A stretch of 64,000 nucleotides of DNA from Spirochaetota bacterium (GTDB lineage Bacteria > Spirochaetota > UBA6919 > CBDBPB01): positions 256,001-320,000 of the forward strand of contig CBDBPB010000007.1 of assembly GCA_965208615.1 (NCBI GenBank). Direction: 5' to 3'. Every line of letters starts with the position of its first letter. Within the stretch, counting starts at the first letter, position 1. The notes beneath the pieces are model-generated. The model ran no database searches. It saw only the letters and a program-made list of their open reading frames with translations, and had not been told where the DNA came from. Both the position numbers and the translations under genes were made by a program. Of this stretch, positions 1-11,276 are shown in pieces.

Positions 1-607
1 TTAATTTATCTCTATTAAAAAACTTTTCAATGGTAACTAGGTCCTGGATCATTACTCCAAAGTTCAAGTATGGGATTTGCAATAAAATACCGACATCTAT
101 ACCGCCTCCGACAGAATATTTACCATTCATATTTTGGTGGATTATTTTAAAGTTTGCTCCAATACGAAGCATTTCACTATTGTCAATTACTTTAGCAATA
201 GTAAAGTATGTAGAACTGCTATAGTTAACGGTTTGCCCAGTACTATTACCCGAACTATCTATTTTTTTTATATCGTGATAATATAAGAAGTTAGCAGACA
301 CACCAAAGGCCCATGTACTATCCTCATTGGTGGAGTGGACAAAGGCAAAGTTACCAAAATATTTATTTTTAGGTATTCTTTGGAAGCTCGTTGAAAAGTA
401 GGACCACTCTAATGATGCTATTCCAGCTGGATTATGATAGAATGTACTCAAATCATCTGCTATAGCCACAAAAGTGTTACCCATTGATGCCGCACGGGTT
501 CCAATTTGTGGTATAGATCCTGCACCACTACTATCTTTCGAAAAGCTTTTTATAGATGGATATAAAAATATACCCACTAATATTAGTTTAGTTATTAGTT
601 TTAGCAT
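1..607 (-). CDS. PorV/FadL-like outer-membrane beta-barrel protein, 3' end outside the window (not in the ORF track)
   Basis: Manual translation from ATG at 607 is open to the window edge: signal peptide MLKLITKLILVGIFLY, then GTRAASMGNTFVAIADDLSTFYHNPAGI (PorV/FadL N-terminal signature) and LRIGANFKIIHQ...GIDVG barrel strands. Confidence 0.75.
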   Translation of the reverse strand, partial: MLKLITKLILVGIFLYPSIKSFSKDSSGAGSIPQIGTRAASMGNTFVAIADDLSTFYHNPAGIASLEWSYFSTSFQRIPKNKYFGNFAFVHSTNEDSTWAFGVSANFLYYHDIKKIDSSGNSTGQTVNYSSSTYFTIAKVIDNSEMLRIGANFKIIHQNMNGKYSVGGGIDVGILLQIPYLNFGVMIQDLVTIEKFFNRDKL

Positions 608-617
608 AATTATTAAC

Positions 618-992
618 TTATTGTATTATTAGTTCGAAATACTTTTCACCACTTGCTGTTCCACTAATTGTAACTTTTGCTCTATATATACCTGGACTTG
701 GTAATATACCACTATTATTAAGCCCAGACCACTTTAAATTTATTGTATTACCAGAGTTGGGATAATCTTTTGTTCTTGTCCATACTATTTGATTTCTTTG
801 ATCTTTAACCTCTATTTTTAGAGTAAAATCATCAGTTATACTATTATTTAGAGTTAATCTAAAAGTACCCTCTCCATTAGGTATGTTATAGGGATTGGGA
901 TAAATATAAAAGTCACTAATTATATTATCATCATCCGTACAAGCAAATGTAAGAGTTAATAATGTTATTAGTATTAGTTTTAATATTTTCAT
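618..992 (-). CDS. Small lipoprotein with FlgD-Ig / T9SS C-terminal-domain-like fold
   Basis: Lipobox TFAC; IYPNP motif, WSGLNNSG and PGIYRAKV typical of FlgD_ig/T9SS sorting domains. Confidence 0.6.
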   Translation of the reverse strand: MKILKLILITLLTLTFACTDDDNIISDFYIYPNPYNIPNGEGTFRLTLNNSITDDFTLKIEVKDQRNQIVWTRTKDYPNSGNTINLKWSGLNNSGILPSPGIYRAKVTISGTASGEKYFELIIQ

Positions 993-1041
993 TTATTTTG
1001 CTACGCCAGTATCTTGTAAAAGAGAGTGTTAATCTCTTAGG

Positions 1042-2118
1042 TCATGTTTTTTTAGAGTGCTTTTTTTGTAAATAGTATATCATAAGGCCTCCAAATAATG
1101 CCAGTGGTATACTAAGGTATTGTCCCATTGTTAAAAAGGACTGATCTGGGCTTACTGCCTGATATTCTTTAAAGAACTCCACAATAAATCTTAATGTAAA
1201 ATATAAACATATTAGCGTATATAATATTACACCATCGGCTAAAACTTTTCTTTTTTTCTTAAAAAGATAAAATAATGTGGAAAAAATAATTAATCCCATA
1301 ATCATTTCGTATATTTGACTGGGATGTCTTACTATAAGGTCAGTGGGAAGGTTTTCAAACTTATTAGTTTTGTAGTTGTATAAGTTTTTATAGTCATAAA
1401 ATAGGAATGTTACTCCCCAGGATATTTTAGTAGTTATTTTTCCTACTATTTCTGAGTTTATAAAGTTACCCAGGCGTATAAACATAGTACCAAAGGCTAT
1501 TGGTATTGATACTATATCAGTTATAACATAGAACTTTACTTTATGAACACGGCTAAATATATAGCTACCTAAGAATAAGCCAATAGCCGCACCATGACTA
1601 GCTATTCCACCTTGCCAAACCATTAATATTGCTTTTGGATTATTTAAATAATAGCTTTGTTTATCCATAAAAACGTTTATCATGTCGTAAAATACAACGT
1701 GAACTACTCTAGCACCTATTATTATACCTAAAACTAGGTATATAACAAAGCTATCCACTTTATTGTAATCGAGTTTTCTTGCACTAAATAGGTAATACAA
1801 GAAAAACATACCGAAGATTACCGATGATGCAAATAGTGCACCATAATATCTAATTTCGAGTTTAGTATTCATAGGGCTTAGTGCAAGGAGTACAAAGCCT
1901 ATTAGCAAGCCGATTATGGAGTAAGATACGAGATCTTTTAGAGTTGGTTTTTTTATAGTCTTATATTTTTTTATTTTTATTTTTGATAAGAGTATTTTGA
2001 TAGTATATATTATTGCAATTACTGCGGCTATATATATTAAGTCAAAGGGTAGAAAGTCGAATTTTAGTGGAATATTAACCATTGTTGGATCAATATCATT
2101 TATAAAAATTGGTTTCAC
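1042..2118 (-). CDS. lgt: Prolipoprotein diacylglyceryl transferase with N-terminal membrane extension
   Basis: IRYYG, GARVVHV, GGIASHGAAIG, RLGNFINSEIVG, RHPSQIYE, RFIVEFFKE, LTMGQYLS motifs. Confidence 0.93.
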   Translation of the reverse strand: MKPIFINDIDPTMVNIPLKFDFLPFDLIYIAAVIAIIYTIKILLSKIKIKKYKTIKKPTLKDLVSYSIIGLLIGFVLLALSPMNTKLEIRYYGALFASSVIFGMFFLYYLFSARKLDYNKVDSFVIYLVLGIIIGARVVHVVFYDMINVFMDKQSYYLNNPKAILMVWQGGIASHGAAIGLFLGSYIFSRVHKVKFYVITDIVSIPIAFGTMFIRLGNFINSEIVGKITTKISWGVTFLFYDYKNLYNYKTNKFENLPTDLIVRHPSQIYEMIMGLIIFSTLFYLFKKKRKVLADGVILYTLICLYFTLRFIVEFFKEYQAVSPDQSFLTMGQYLSIPLALFGGLMIYYLQKKHSKKT

Positions 2119-2530
2119 TTAAATAACCTCTTAATTTTTTAATAAAGCTTTATACTATTCACAAGTTTTATATGTACGTTTACTATTCTACAAAGATATA
2201 TGTTAGATATTTAAATTTATTACAGACTAACATAATAGATTTAGTTTTTTTATTATACATATTGATATGTATAACATACATATTATTATAAAATATATTG
2301 TTTAGTATAAAGTCAAGCTATAAATTTATTATTTTTATTTTTTAGTGTTTTATTAAAATTTAGTATTCTAAGGTTATTTTTTAATTGATTTTAATACTTA
2401 ATTAATAAAAAAAATTATTTAATTAAAAAGTATACCCCTTTTGCTATAAGAGTTGTATATTATTTAATATTACGTATATTTTATGTTGTTATGGGGTTCA
2501 TATATTGGTGAATAAACCGTTAAACATTAA

Positions 2531-3937
<1,407 letters not shown>

Positions 3938-3940
3938 CTA

Positions 3941-3968
3941 TTGACTAAATAAAATATTACTATATCTT
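3941..3968 (+). promoter_or_regulatory. Putative sigma70 promoter of the rimP operon
   Basis: TTGACT-N16-TATCTT upstream of the rimP leader hairpin. Confidence 0.5.
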
Positions 3969-3997
3969 TAATGATAAAGCTCAAATTTATTGTATTT

Positions 3998-4024
3998 GGG
4001 AGTCGTTAGTGCGACTCTTTTTTT
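3998..4024 (+). promoter_or_regulatory. rimP leader hairpin with U-tract (attenuator-like)
   Basis: GGGAGTCG-TTAGTG-CGACTCTT-TTTTT about 30 nt upstream of rimP; resembles the GAGT...ACTCTTTT hairpin commonly found before rimP. Confidence 0.65.
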
Positions 4025-4056
4025 AATGATTTTAGTTATAGTAATTAAAGATAAAT

Positions 4057-4509
4057 ATGGTAATTAAAGATAAAAAGGAAGACTATGAAGATGAATTAGA
4101 GAATTTTTTAGCTGAAAATGGATATAAACTAGTCGACTTTAAAAATATAAAAATAAAAACTTCTATTCATCTAAAAATTACCATTGACAAAGATGGAAAG
4201 GTTGGTCATAAGGATTGTCAGAAAATAGGAAAACTACTAGAAGAATTTACAAAGATGGTCGGAATAGACGAAGGCTATAGTTCAGAAATATCATCACCAG
4301 GTATAAATAGACAACTAAAAAGTTTAAGAGAATTAAATATTTTTAGGGGAAGAAAGGTACTGCTGACCTATGAAGAGGATTATAAAACTAAAAAAGTGCT
4401 AGGCCAACTTAAAAAAAGTAATTTAGAAAAAGTTATTTTATTAGTTGAGGCACAAAACGAAAAATCATTCCAAGTAGATAATATCAAAAAAATATTACTA
4501 TTTAATTAA
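4057..4509 (+). CDS. rimp: Ribosome maturation factor RimP
   Basis: ITID...GVGHKDC and EISSPGINRQL motifs; lies directly upstream of nusA. Confidence 0.88.
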   Translation: MVIKDKKEDYEDELENFLAENGYKLVDFKNIKIKTSIHLKITIDKDGKVGHKDCQKIGKLLEEFTKMVGIDEGYSSEISSPGINRQLKSLRELNIFRGRKVLLTYEEDYKTKKVLGQLKKSNLEKVILLVEAQNEKSFQVDNIKKILLFN

Positions 4510-4524
4510 TTGGAGGGTAAAGAG

Positions 4525-5973
4525 ATGTCTGCATCTATCGCAGAAGCGGTGAGACAGCTGGTTCATAATAAAGGCATTTCAGAAGACCTTATTTTACAAA
4601 CAGTAGAAGATATTCTTATTGTTGCCTATAAAAAGAAGTTTGGGACTAATGAAAACGTTGTTACTAAAATAAATGAAGAAAAAGGTGAGGTATCTCTTTT
4701 TGCCAGAAAGATAGTTGTGGATGAGGTGGATGACGATATATTAGAGATTAGCTTAGAAGAGGCAAAAAAAGGTAATAGTGACTGTGAGATAGATGATGAG
4801 GTTTTAGTTGAGATAATGCCTTCTGATCTTGGTAGAATTGCGGCTCAAACCGCAAGGCAAATTGTTTTTCAAAGACTTAAAGAAATTGAGAAAAATATTA
4901 TTTATAGCGAGTATGTACAAAAAAAAGGTCAAATTATTACCGGATTTTATCAGAGGGAGAAAAATGGTCATATTTTCGTTGATATTGGAAGAACTGAGGC
5001 AATTCTATTGCGTGCAGAACAATCCCCTAAGGAAGTATTTGCTGTTGGAGAAAGAATAAAAGCTATTGTGCTAGATGTGCAAAATAGTCGTAAGGGTGCT
5101 CAGGTTATTTTATCTAGAACCAGTCCACTTTTTGTTCAGCGTTTGTTTGAGTTTGAGGTTCCAGAGATTGTTGACGGTGTGATACAGGTAAAGTCTATAG
5201 TTAGGGATCCTGGTTATAGAACCAAGATTGCAGTATCGTCCCTTGATATTGATCCAGTTGGTGCATGCGTTGGAATGAAGGGTATGAGAATACAAATGAT
5301 TGTCAAAGAGCTAGAAGGAGAAAGAATAGATATTATTAGGCATAATGACAATATAAGAGATTATATAGCTAATGCTTTGTCTCCTGCTAAAATTGAGCAG
5401 GTTGTGGTTTTGAATGAAGCTAATAAAGAGGCTTTGGCTGTAGTTGGTGATAATCACCTTTCTTTAGCTATAGGAAAATTGGGACAAAATGTTAGGCTTG
5501 CGGCTAAACTTACTGGATGGAATATCGATATTAAGACTGAGTCTGAGTTTAAAGACCTTGATTATCAGGATGAGTCTAAGCGAATAGCAGAAGATCTCTT
5601 TGTAGACAATGAAAGTGAATATCATGATTTGTCTGAACTAGAAGAACTAGATAAAGAAACTATTACTTTATTAAAAGAAAAAGGAATTTCCTATTTAGAA
5701 GAGCTAGTTGAGGTGTCGAAAGAAGAGCTTTCTATGATAGATGGGATTGACGAAGAAAAAGCTAATGCTATTTTAAATATTATTAAAGAGAATATAGTAG
5801 TTTTGGGTGATGAAGAGGAAACTAATAAGGATGCTTTAAAAGAAACTCAGGAAGACACTGTTGAAGATAGTAAAGAGGATGATGACTATAACTATTATTG
5901 TCCAGAGTGTAATACAGAACTTGAGTTGGGTATGAATAAGTGTCCTGGATGTGAAATAGAAATAGAATTTTAA
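4525..5973 (+). CDS. nusA: Transcription factor NusA with acidic extension and C-terminal zinc ribbon
   Basis: GRIAAQTARQ, LSRT, FEVPEI, RDPGYRTKIAV, AIGKLGQNVRLAAKLTGW; ends CPEC...CPGC; ATG 4525 follows GGAGG. Confidence 0.97.
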   Translation: MSASIAEAVRQLVHNKGISEDLILQTVEDILIVAYKKKFGTNENVVTKINEEKGEVSLFARKIVVDEVDDDILEISLEEAKKGNSDCEIDDEVLVEIMPSDLGRIAAQTARQIVFQRLKEIEKNIIYSEYVQKKGQIITGFYQREKNGHIFVDIGRTEAILLRAEQSPKEVFAVGERIKAIVLDVQNSRKGAQVILSRTSPLFVQRLFEFEVPEIVDGVIQVKSIVRDPGYRTKIAVSSLDIDPVGACVGMKGMRIQMIVKELEGERIDIIRHNDNIRDYIANALSPAKIEQVVVLNEANKEALAVVGDNHLSLAIGKLGQNVRLAAKLTGWNIDIKTESEFKDLDYQDESKRIAEDLFVDNESEYHDLSELEELDKETITLLKEKGISYLEELVEVSKEELSMIDGIDEEKANAILNIIKENIVVLGDEEETNKDALKETQEDTVEDSKEDDDYNYYCPECNTELELGMNKCPGCEIEIEF

Positions 5974-6083
5974 CTATAATAATATATAATTTTTAATGTG
6001 TGTTGAGTTATTATGTAAGTTATTTTATATTTAATTAATAAGAAAAAAATAAATACAGCTGAATATAGACTCAGGAATTATTC

Positions 6084-8583
6084 ATGAAAGTTTACGAGTT
6101 ATCAAAAAGGTTTAATCTGTCTAATAATGATATGATAAAAGTAATTAAAAATTTAGAGATTCAAGCAGAAAAAGGTGTTAACTCTTTTACCTCTCTAACT
6201 ACTAAAGAAATAAGAGTTGTAGAAAGGCATCTTGAGCTAAAGCAAAAGACTAAAAAAAAGCCAGTAAGCAAAAAAAGTCAAGCTCCACAGGAACACGGGA
6301 AAGTTTTAATTGTTAAAAAAGGTGAAAAAGAGAACTATAAAGAAAAACAAGTTAAGAAAGTACACCTTAAAAGTAAAGTAGAGAATGAAAAAATACCTGA
6401 AAAGACTATTGAGAAGGAATTACCATTAGCTCCACGAAAGGTGGGTTGTTAGAAGAAAAAAGGTTAAACCAGATGAGGCCAAGAAAAAACCTAAAGTAGA
6501 AAAAGAACTATTAAAGGATAATAGTAGTATAGCTAATAAGAAGGATAATGCCTATGTTAACAAATCAGTTGTCAACACAAAAAAACAAGATAAGGTATTT
6601 CCAAAGCATGATAAGAGTAAATTTACCGATAATAAGAAAAAAGATCCTATTCATATTAGTAAAAGTAAAAAGGTTAAACGAGATTTTACTAAAAAAGATG
6701 TAAAAAAACGAGATGACTGGAAGAAGAAAGGTGGAAAACGAAAAATATATACTAATGACTATAGAGATAAGGCTATAGGAAAGGGGTTTTCTAGAAAACC
6801 TAAGCCTAAAGAGGTTTTACCTTCTTCTATACCAAAACGTATTGAGGTTATGGATACTATTACTATTTCTGATTTGGCTAAAAAGTTAAATATTAAAGCA
6901 AGTGAAATTATAGTAAAGCTTCTTAGTTGGGGAACAGTAGCTACTATTAATCAGATTATTGACTCTGATACTGTAAGCCTGGTTACTAATGAGTATAATT
7001 GTGAAACTAAGATTGTATCTCTTTATGATGAGACGGTTATTGATGAGTTAAAAGATAAAGAAGAGGATTTAAAAGATCGTCCGCCTATTGTAACGGTTAT
7101 GGGTCATGTTGATCATGGTAAGACAAAACTTCTTGATTCTATCCGAGAAGCTGATGTTGCTGGTACAGAGAGTGGGGGTATAACTCAGCATATTGGTGCC
7201 TATGAAATCGCTACAGCAAAGGGAAAGGTAGTTTTTTTAGATACGCCGGGTCATGAGGCTTTTACTGCAATGAGAGCAAGGGGTGCAAAGATAACTGATA
7301 TTGTTGTCTTGGTGGTGGCCGCAGACGATGGTGTTATGCCACAGACTATTGAGGCTATTAATCATGCTAAAGAGGCAAGCGTACCTATTGTTGTTGCCAT
7401 AAACAAGATTGACTCTCCTAATGCCAATTCTGATAGAGTTAGACAGCAGTTGGCAGATTATGACCTCATACCCGAGGAGTGGGGCGGAAAGTTTATTATG
7501 GTTGAGGTTAGTGCTTTAAAGAAAATGAATTTAGAAAAGCTTATTGAGGCCATTCTTTTAGAGGCTGAGCTTTTGGAGTTAAAAGCTAACCCCAATAGGC
7601 CTGCTGGAGGGACTATTGTTGAGTCTAAGATTGATATTGGTAGAGGACCTGTAGCTACTGTATTAGTCCAAGCAGGTACTCTTAAGGTGGGGGATTCTTT
7701 TGTATCTGGAGTTTATTCTGGACGAGTTAGAGCATTATTTAACTATAAGGGTCAGATAGTAGATAAGGCTACGCCGTCATGTCCTGTAGAGGTTTTAGGC
7801 CTAGACGGTGTTCCTAAGGCTGGTGATCCTTTTAATGTGGTGGATGATGATAAAATTGCCAGACAATATTCTCAAAAGCGTCAGGAACTGCATCGCGTAG
7901 AAAAGGCAAAGCTTGTTAAAAAGGTTACTTTAGATGACTTATCTCGGCAGATAAATTCTGGGGAGATAAAAGAACTTAAGATTATCCTTAAAGGTGATGT
8001 ACAGGGTAGTATAGAGGCTCTTAAAGATGCATTTGTAAAGCTATCAAACAGTGAGATTGGTGTTAAGGTTATACATAGCTCTACTGGAGCCATTAATGAG
8101 AATGATATAATGTTAGCAAGTGCATCTAACGCTATTATTATTGGTTTTCATGTTCGTCCTAATAATAAGGCATTACTGCTTGCTCAGAGGGAGCATGTTG
8201 AAATTATAAGACACTCTATTATATATGATGCTATTAATAGCATTAAGAGGGCTATGGAAGGCTTATTAGACCCTGAACTAAAAGAAGAAATTACTGGTCA
8301 GGCAGAAGTAAGAGAGTTATTTAGGGTTCCAAAAGTTGGAGTTATTGCTGGCTGTTATGTTAGTTATGGAAAAATTCTTAAGAGTAATAAAGTTAGGATT
8401 ATTCGTGACTCTATAGAGGTTTATGAAGGCGATATTCTTGCTCTTAAGCGTTTTAAAGATGATGTAACTGAGGTAAAAGAGCAGTTTGAGTGTGGTATTT
8501 CTATTAAAAACTTCAATGACTTTAAAGTTGGTGATGTTATTGAAGGATTCTTTATTAAAGAGACTTCTAAGACTATAAGCTAA
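6084..8583 (+). CDS. infB: Translation initiation factor IF-2, interrupted by a 1-nt frameshift at about 6443-6445
   Basis: ORF 6084-6452 has the IF2_N start MKVYELSK; ORF 6850-8583 has [24 protein letters not shown] and NKID; removing one G from GTGGG at 6441-6445 joins them through a Lys-rich linker. Confidence 0.95.
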
Positions 8584-8612
8584 TAGTCTTATGTTGTGAT
8601 TAGGCGGTTAAA

Positions 8613-8984
8613 ATGGTTTATTATAGAGATAAAAGAACTGCTAGCCTACTTAAGAAAGAAATAAGTCGTTTATTGTTAAGAGAGGTTAAGGATCCTCGTA
8701 TTACTGGGCTTATTACTGTTACTGATGTTGTTGTTTCGAAGGACTTAAAGGTTGCTACTGTTTATATTAGTATTTTGGGGGATAAAAAGACTATTGAAGA
8801 TAGTTTAGCTGGTTTAAGCAGTTCTAGGGGATATATTAAAACTTGTTTAGCTAAGGTTCTTCATATGAAGTATATGCCAGATATTCGCTTTAAAGAGGAT
8901 TACTCTTTAAAAAAAGGTGCAGAACTGTATAATAAACTAAATAAACTAAAACTGGAAAGCAAAAATAAAGAAATAAAAGAATGA
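8613..8984 (+). CDS. rbfA: Ribosome-binding factor A
   Basis: VKDPRI..LITVTDV.VS.DL..A.VY and P.IRF..D.S motifs; synteny after infB. Confidence 0.95.
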   Translation: MVYYRDKRTASLLKKEISRLLLREVKDPRITGLITVTDVVVSKDLKVATVYISILGDKKTIEDSLAGLSSSRGYIKTCLAKVLHMKYMPDIRFKEDYSLKKGAELYNKLNKLKLESKNKEIKE

Positions 8985-8994
8985 CTATATATAA

Positions 8995-9921
8995 ATGAAA
9001 CTTTTGATAAAAAGCAAAAAGTTTATTAATATAGATAAAGGAATTTTATTATTTAATAAACCTAGTAATATGACTTCCAATTTTGCTATTCAGTGGTTAA
9101 AAAGGAGTTATGGTTTTGAGAAGATAGGCCATTGTGGAACATTGGATCCTATTGCAACCGGACTGTTAATTGTTTGTTTGGGAAAGGGAACTAAGTTATC
9201 GTCCTATTTTACTTTATTAGAGAAAGAGTATATTGCCCATATTCAGTTAGGACAAGAGACTGATAGCGATGATAGAACTGGTATAGTAACTAAAACTAGT
9301 TCTAAAAAGCTATCTAGGACTAAAGTATTAGAAGTATTAAATAAGTTTAGGGGGGAGATTATTCAAACTCCTCCTTTGTATTCTGCTATTAAAGTTAGTG
9401 GAAAACGAGCATATTCTTATGCTCGGCAGGGTAAGACTTGTGATATTCAACCTAGGAAGGTTAATATTTATAAATTAGAGCTTATTAGCTTTTATGATAA
9501 TATGCTTAGCCTTAGGATAGTATGTTCTAAAGGAACTTATATTAGGTCTTTGGCAAGGGATATTGGTCGTGAGCTAGGGGTATACGCTAATTTATTTGAT
9601 TTACTGCGTAGTGGGATTGGGCAATTTAGTATTTATGATAAAAGGTGTTTGAATTATGAGGATGTTGTTAATAATAAGCTTTTAAAAGATTTTATTATTA
9701 GCTTATCAGAGGCTCTTTATTTTATCCCGGCTATATGTGTTAGTGAGAGCGTAAAGGATAAAATACAAAAAGGTCAAAAGCTGGATAAAGAGCTTATTAG
9801 CCAATATAATGAACTTCATAACTACACTAAATTAAAGTTAATAGATAAAAATAATAACTTATTAGCTATTATTAACTCTGATTTAAGATATTTAAAAGTA
9901 TTTCCTTATGAAGATATATAA
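8995..9921 (+). CDS. truB: tRNA pseudouridine(55) synthase
   Basis: KIGHCGTLDP, QTPPLYSAIKVSG, CSKGTYIRSLA. Confidence 0.96.
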   Translation: MKLLIKSKKFINIDKGILLFNKPSNMTSNFAIQWLKRSYGFEKIGHCGTLDPIATGLLIVCLGKGTKLSSYFTLLEKEYIAHIQLGQETDSDDRTGIVTKTSSKKLSRTKVLEVLNKFRGEIIQTPPLYSAIKVSGKRAYSYARQGKTCDIQPRKVNIYKLELISFYDNMLSLRIVCSKGTYIRSLARDIGRELGVYANLFDLLRSGIGQFSIYDKRCLNYEDVVNNKLLKDFIISLSEALYFIPAICVSESVKDKIQKGQKLDKELISQYNELHNYTKLKLIDKNNNLLAIINSDLRYLKVFPYEDI

Positions 9922-10825
9922 CAACTTGGATAGCATTCCAAAAACTGAAAAGGGGATAATTACTATAGGGACTTTTGATGGTTTTCATAGGGGGCATATA
10001 AAGATTATTGATCAGTTGCTGGCTGATAAAAAAAAAGAAAAAGGATATGAGACATTTGTAATTACTTTTACTAATCATCCTTTTGAGGTTATATACCCTG
10101 ATATTACACCGAAAAAACTAGCCCCTTTAGATTTAAAGATTAACTTTTTGCATAAAAAAGGCATAGATAATTTAATTTTAATTAACTTTACAAAAAAGTT
10201 TGCTAATATTACTCATCATAGTTTTTTCACTAAGTTGTTAGCTCCTTTTACTTTACTAAAACTGGTATTAGGCTATAATTTTCGTTTTGGTAAGGGTAAT
10301 AAAGGGGATGTTAACTTTTTACGTTGTCATGAAGATAATAATAGATTTTTTTTGGATGTGGTTGAGAAGGTTTTTTATGAAGGTCATGAGATATCCAGTA
10401 GTATAATAAGAGAGCTGATTAGAAATGGCGATATTTATCTTGCGAATAAAATGTTAAAAAGGGAATATTATATTGAGGGTAAGGCTTTGATTGGAGATAG
10501 AATAGGAAAAGATATAGGTTTCCCAACTATAAATATTGTTAATGATGATCAGGAGTATCCTAAGGATGGGGTGTATAAAACCAAAATAGAAATAAATAAT
10601 AAACTATATTCAAGTATGACATTTGTTGGCAAAAAGTCTATTGGTAATTATAGAAGAAAAACTATTGAAACCAATGTTTTTGATTTTAATCAAAATGTGT
10701 ATGACAAAAAAGTTAAGGTCTATTTTTTATCAAGAATGCGGAGTCAGATGGACTTTAACTCTTTAGACCACTTAAAAAGACAGTTAATTAAGGATAAAAA
10801 GGTTGCCTTAGAGTTGAATGAATAA
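9908..10825 (+). CDS. ribF: Bifunctional riboflavin kinase/FAD synthetase
   Basis: TIGTFDGFHRGH, ISSSIIR, IGFPTIN. Confidence 0.95.
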   Translation: MKIYNNLDSIPKTEKGIITIGTFDGFHRGHIKIIDQLLADKKKEKGYETFVITFTNHPFEVIYPDITPKKLAPLDLKINFLHKKGIDNLILINFTKKFANITHHSFFTKLLAPFTLLKLVLGYNFRFGKGNKGDVNFLRCHEDNNRFFLDVVEKVFYEGHEISSSIIRELIRNGDIYLANKMLKREYYIEGKALIGDRIGKDIGFPTINIVNDDQEYPKDGVYKTKIEINNKLYSSMTFVGKKSIGNYRRKTIETNVFDFNQNVYDKKVKVYFLSRMRSQMDFNSLDHLKRQLIKDKKVALELNE

Positions 10826-10908
10826 ATATAATTTGCCGAGATTTATCTAATTATAGAAATTAAATAAAGTAGATATATAATGCATAAGTCTTAATATATG
10901 GAGGAAAT

Positions 10909-11178
10909 ATGGGATTAACAAAAGAAAAAAAACTTAAGATATTAGGGGAATATTGTCAACATGATAATGATACAGGCTCTCCTGAAGTGCAAGTTGCCTT
11001 GATAACAAATAGGATCAATGATTTGAATGAGCATTTTAAAGTTCATAAAAAAGATTTTCATTCCAGAAGAGGTCTACTTCAGCTTATTGGGCAAAGACGT
11101 AGACTGCTTAACTATCTTAAGAGAAAGAGCTTAACTAGATATCAAAAACTAATAGGTTCTCTTGGGTTAAGAAAATAA
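10909..11178 (+). CDS. rpsO: 30S ribosomal protein S15
   Basis: [25 protein letters not shown]. Confidence 0.98.
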   Translation: MGLTKEKKLKILGEYCQHDNDTGSPEVQVALITNRINDLNEHFKVHKKDFHSRRGLLQLIGQRRRLLNYLKRKSLTRYQKLIGSLGLRK

Positions 11179-11276
11179 TAACTGATTATTTTAAACTATA
11201 TTGTTAGCATTAAAAGCTAAATAAAGTTGGTTTATATAATTCTAATTGGTATATAAGGCGTATTAAGGAGTAAATA

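Noticed and set aside
30-224. 64-aa + strand ORF and other short ORFs nested in known genes (e.g. 2527-2760, 12944-13255, 34493-34954, 54581-54982, 61168-61662)
   Set aside because: Antisense or alternate-frame shadows of well-supported genes with no motifs
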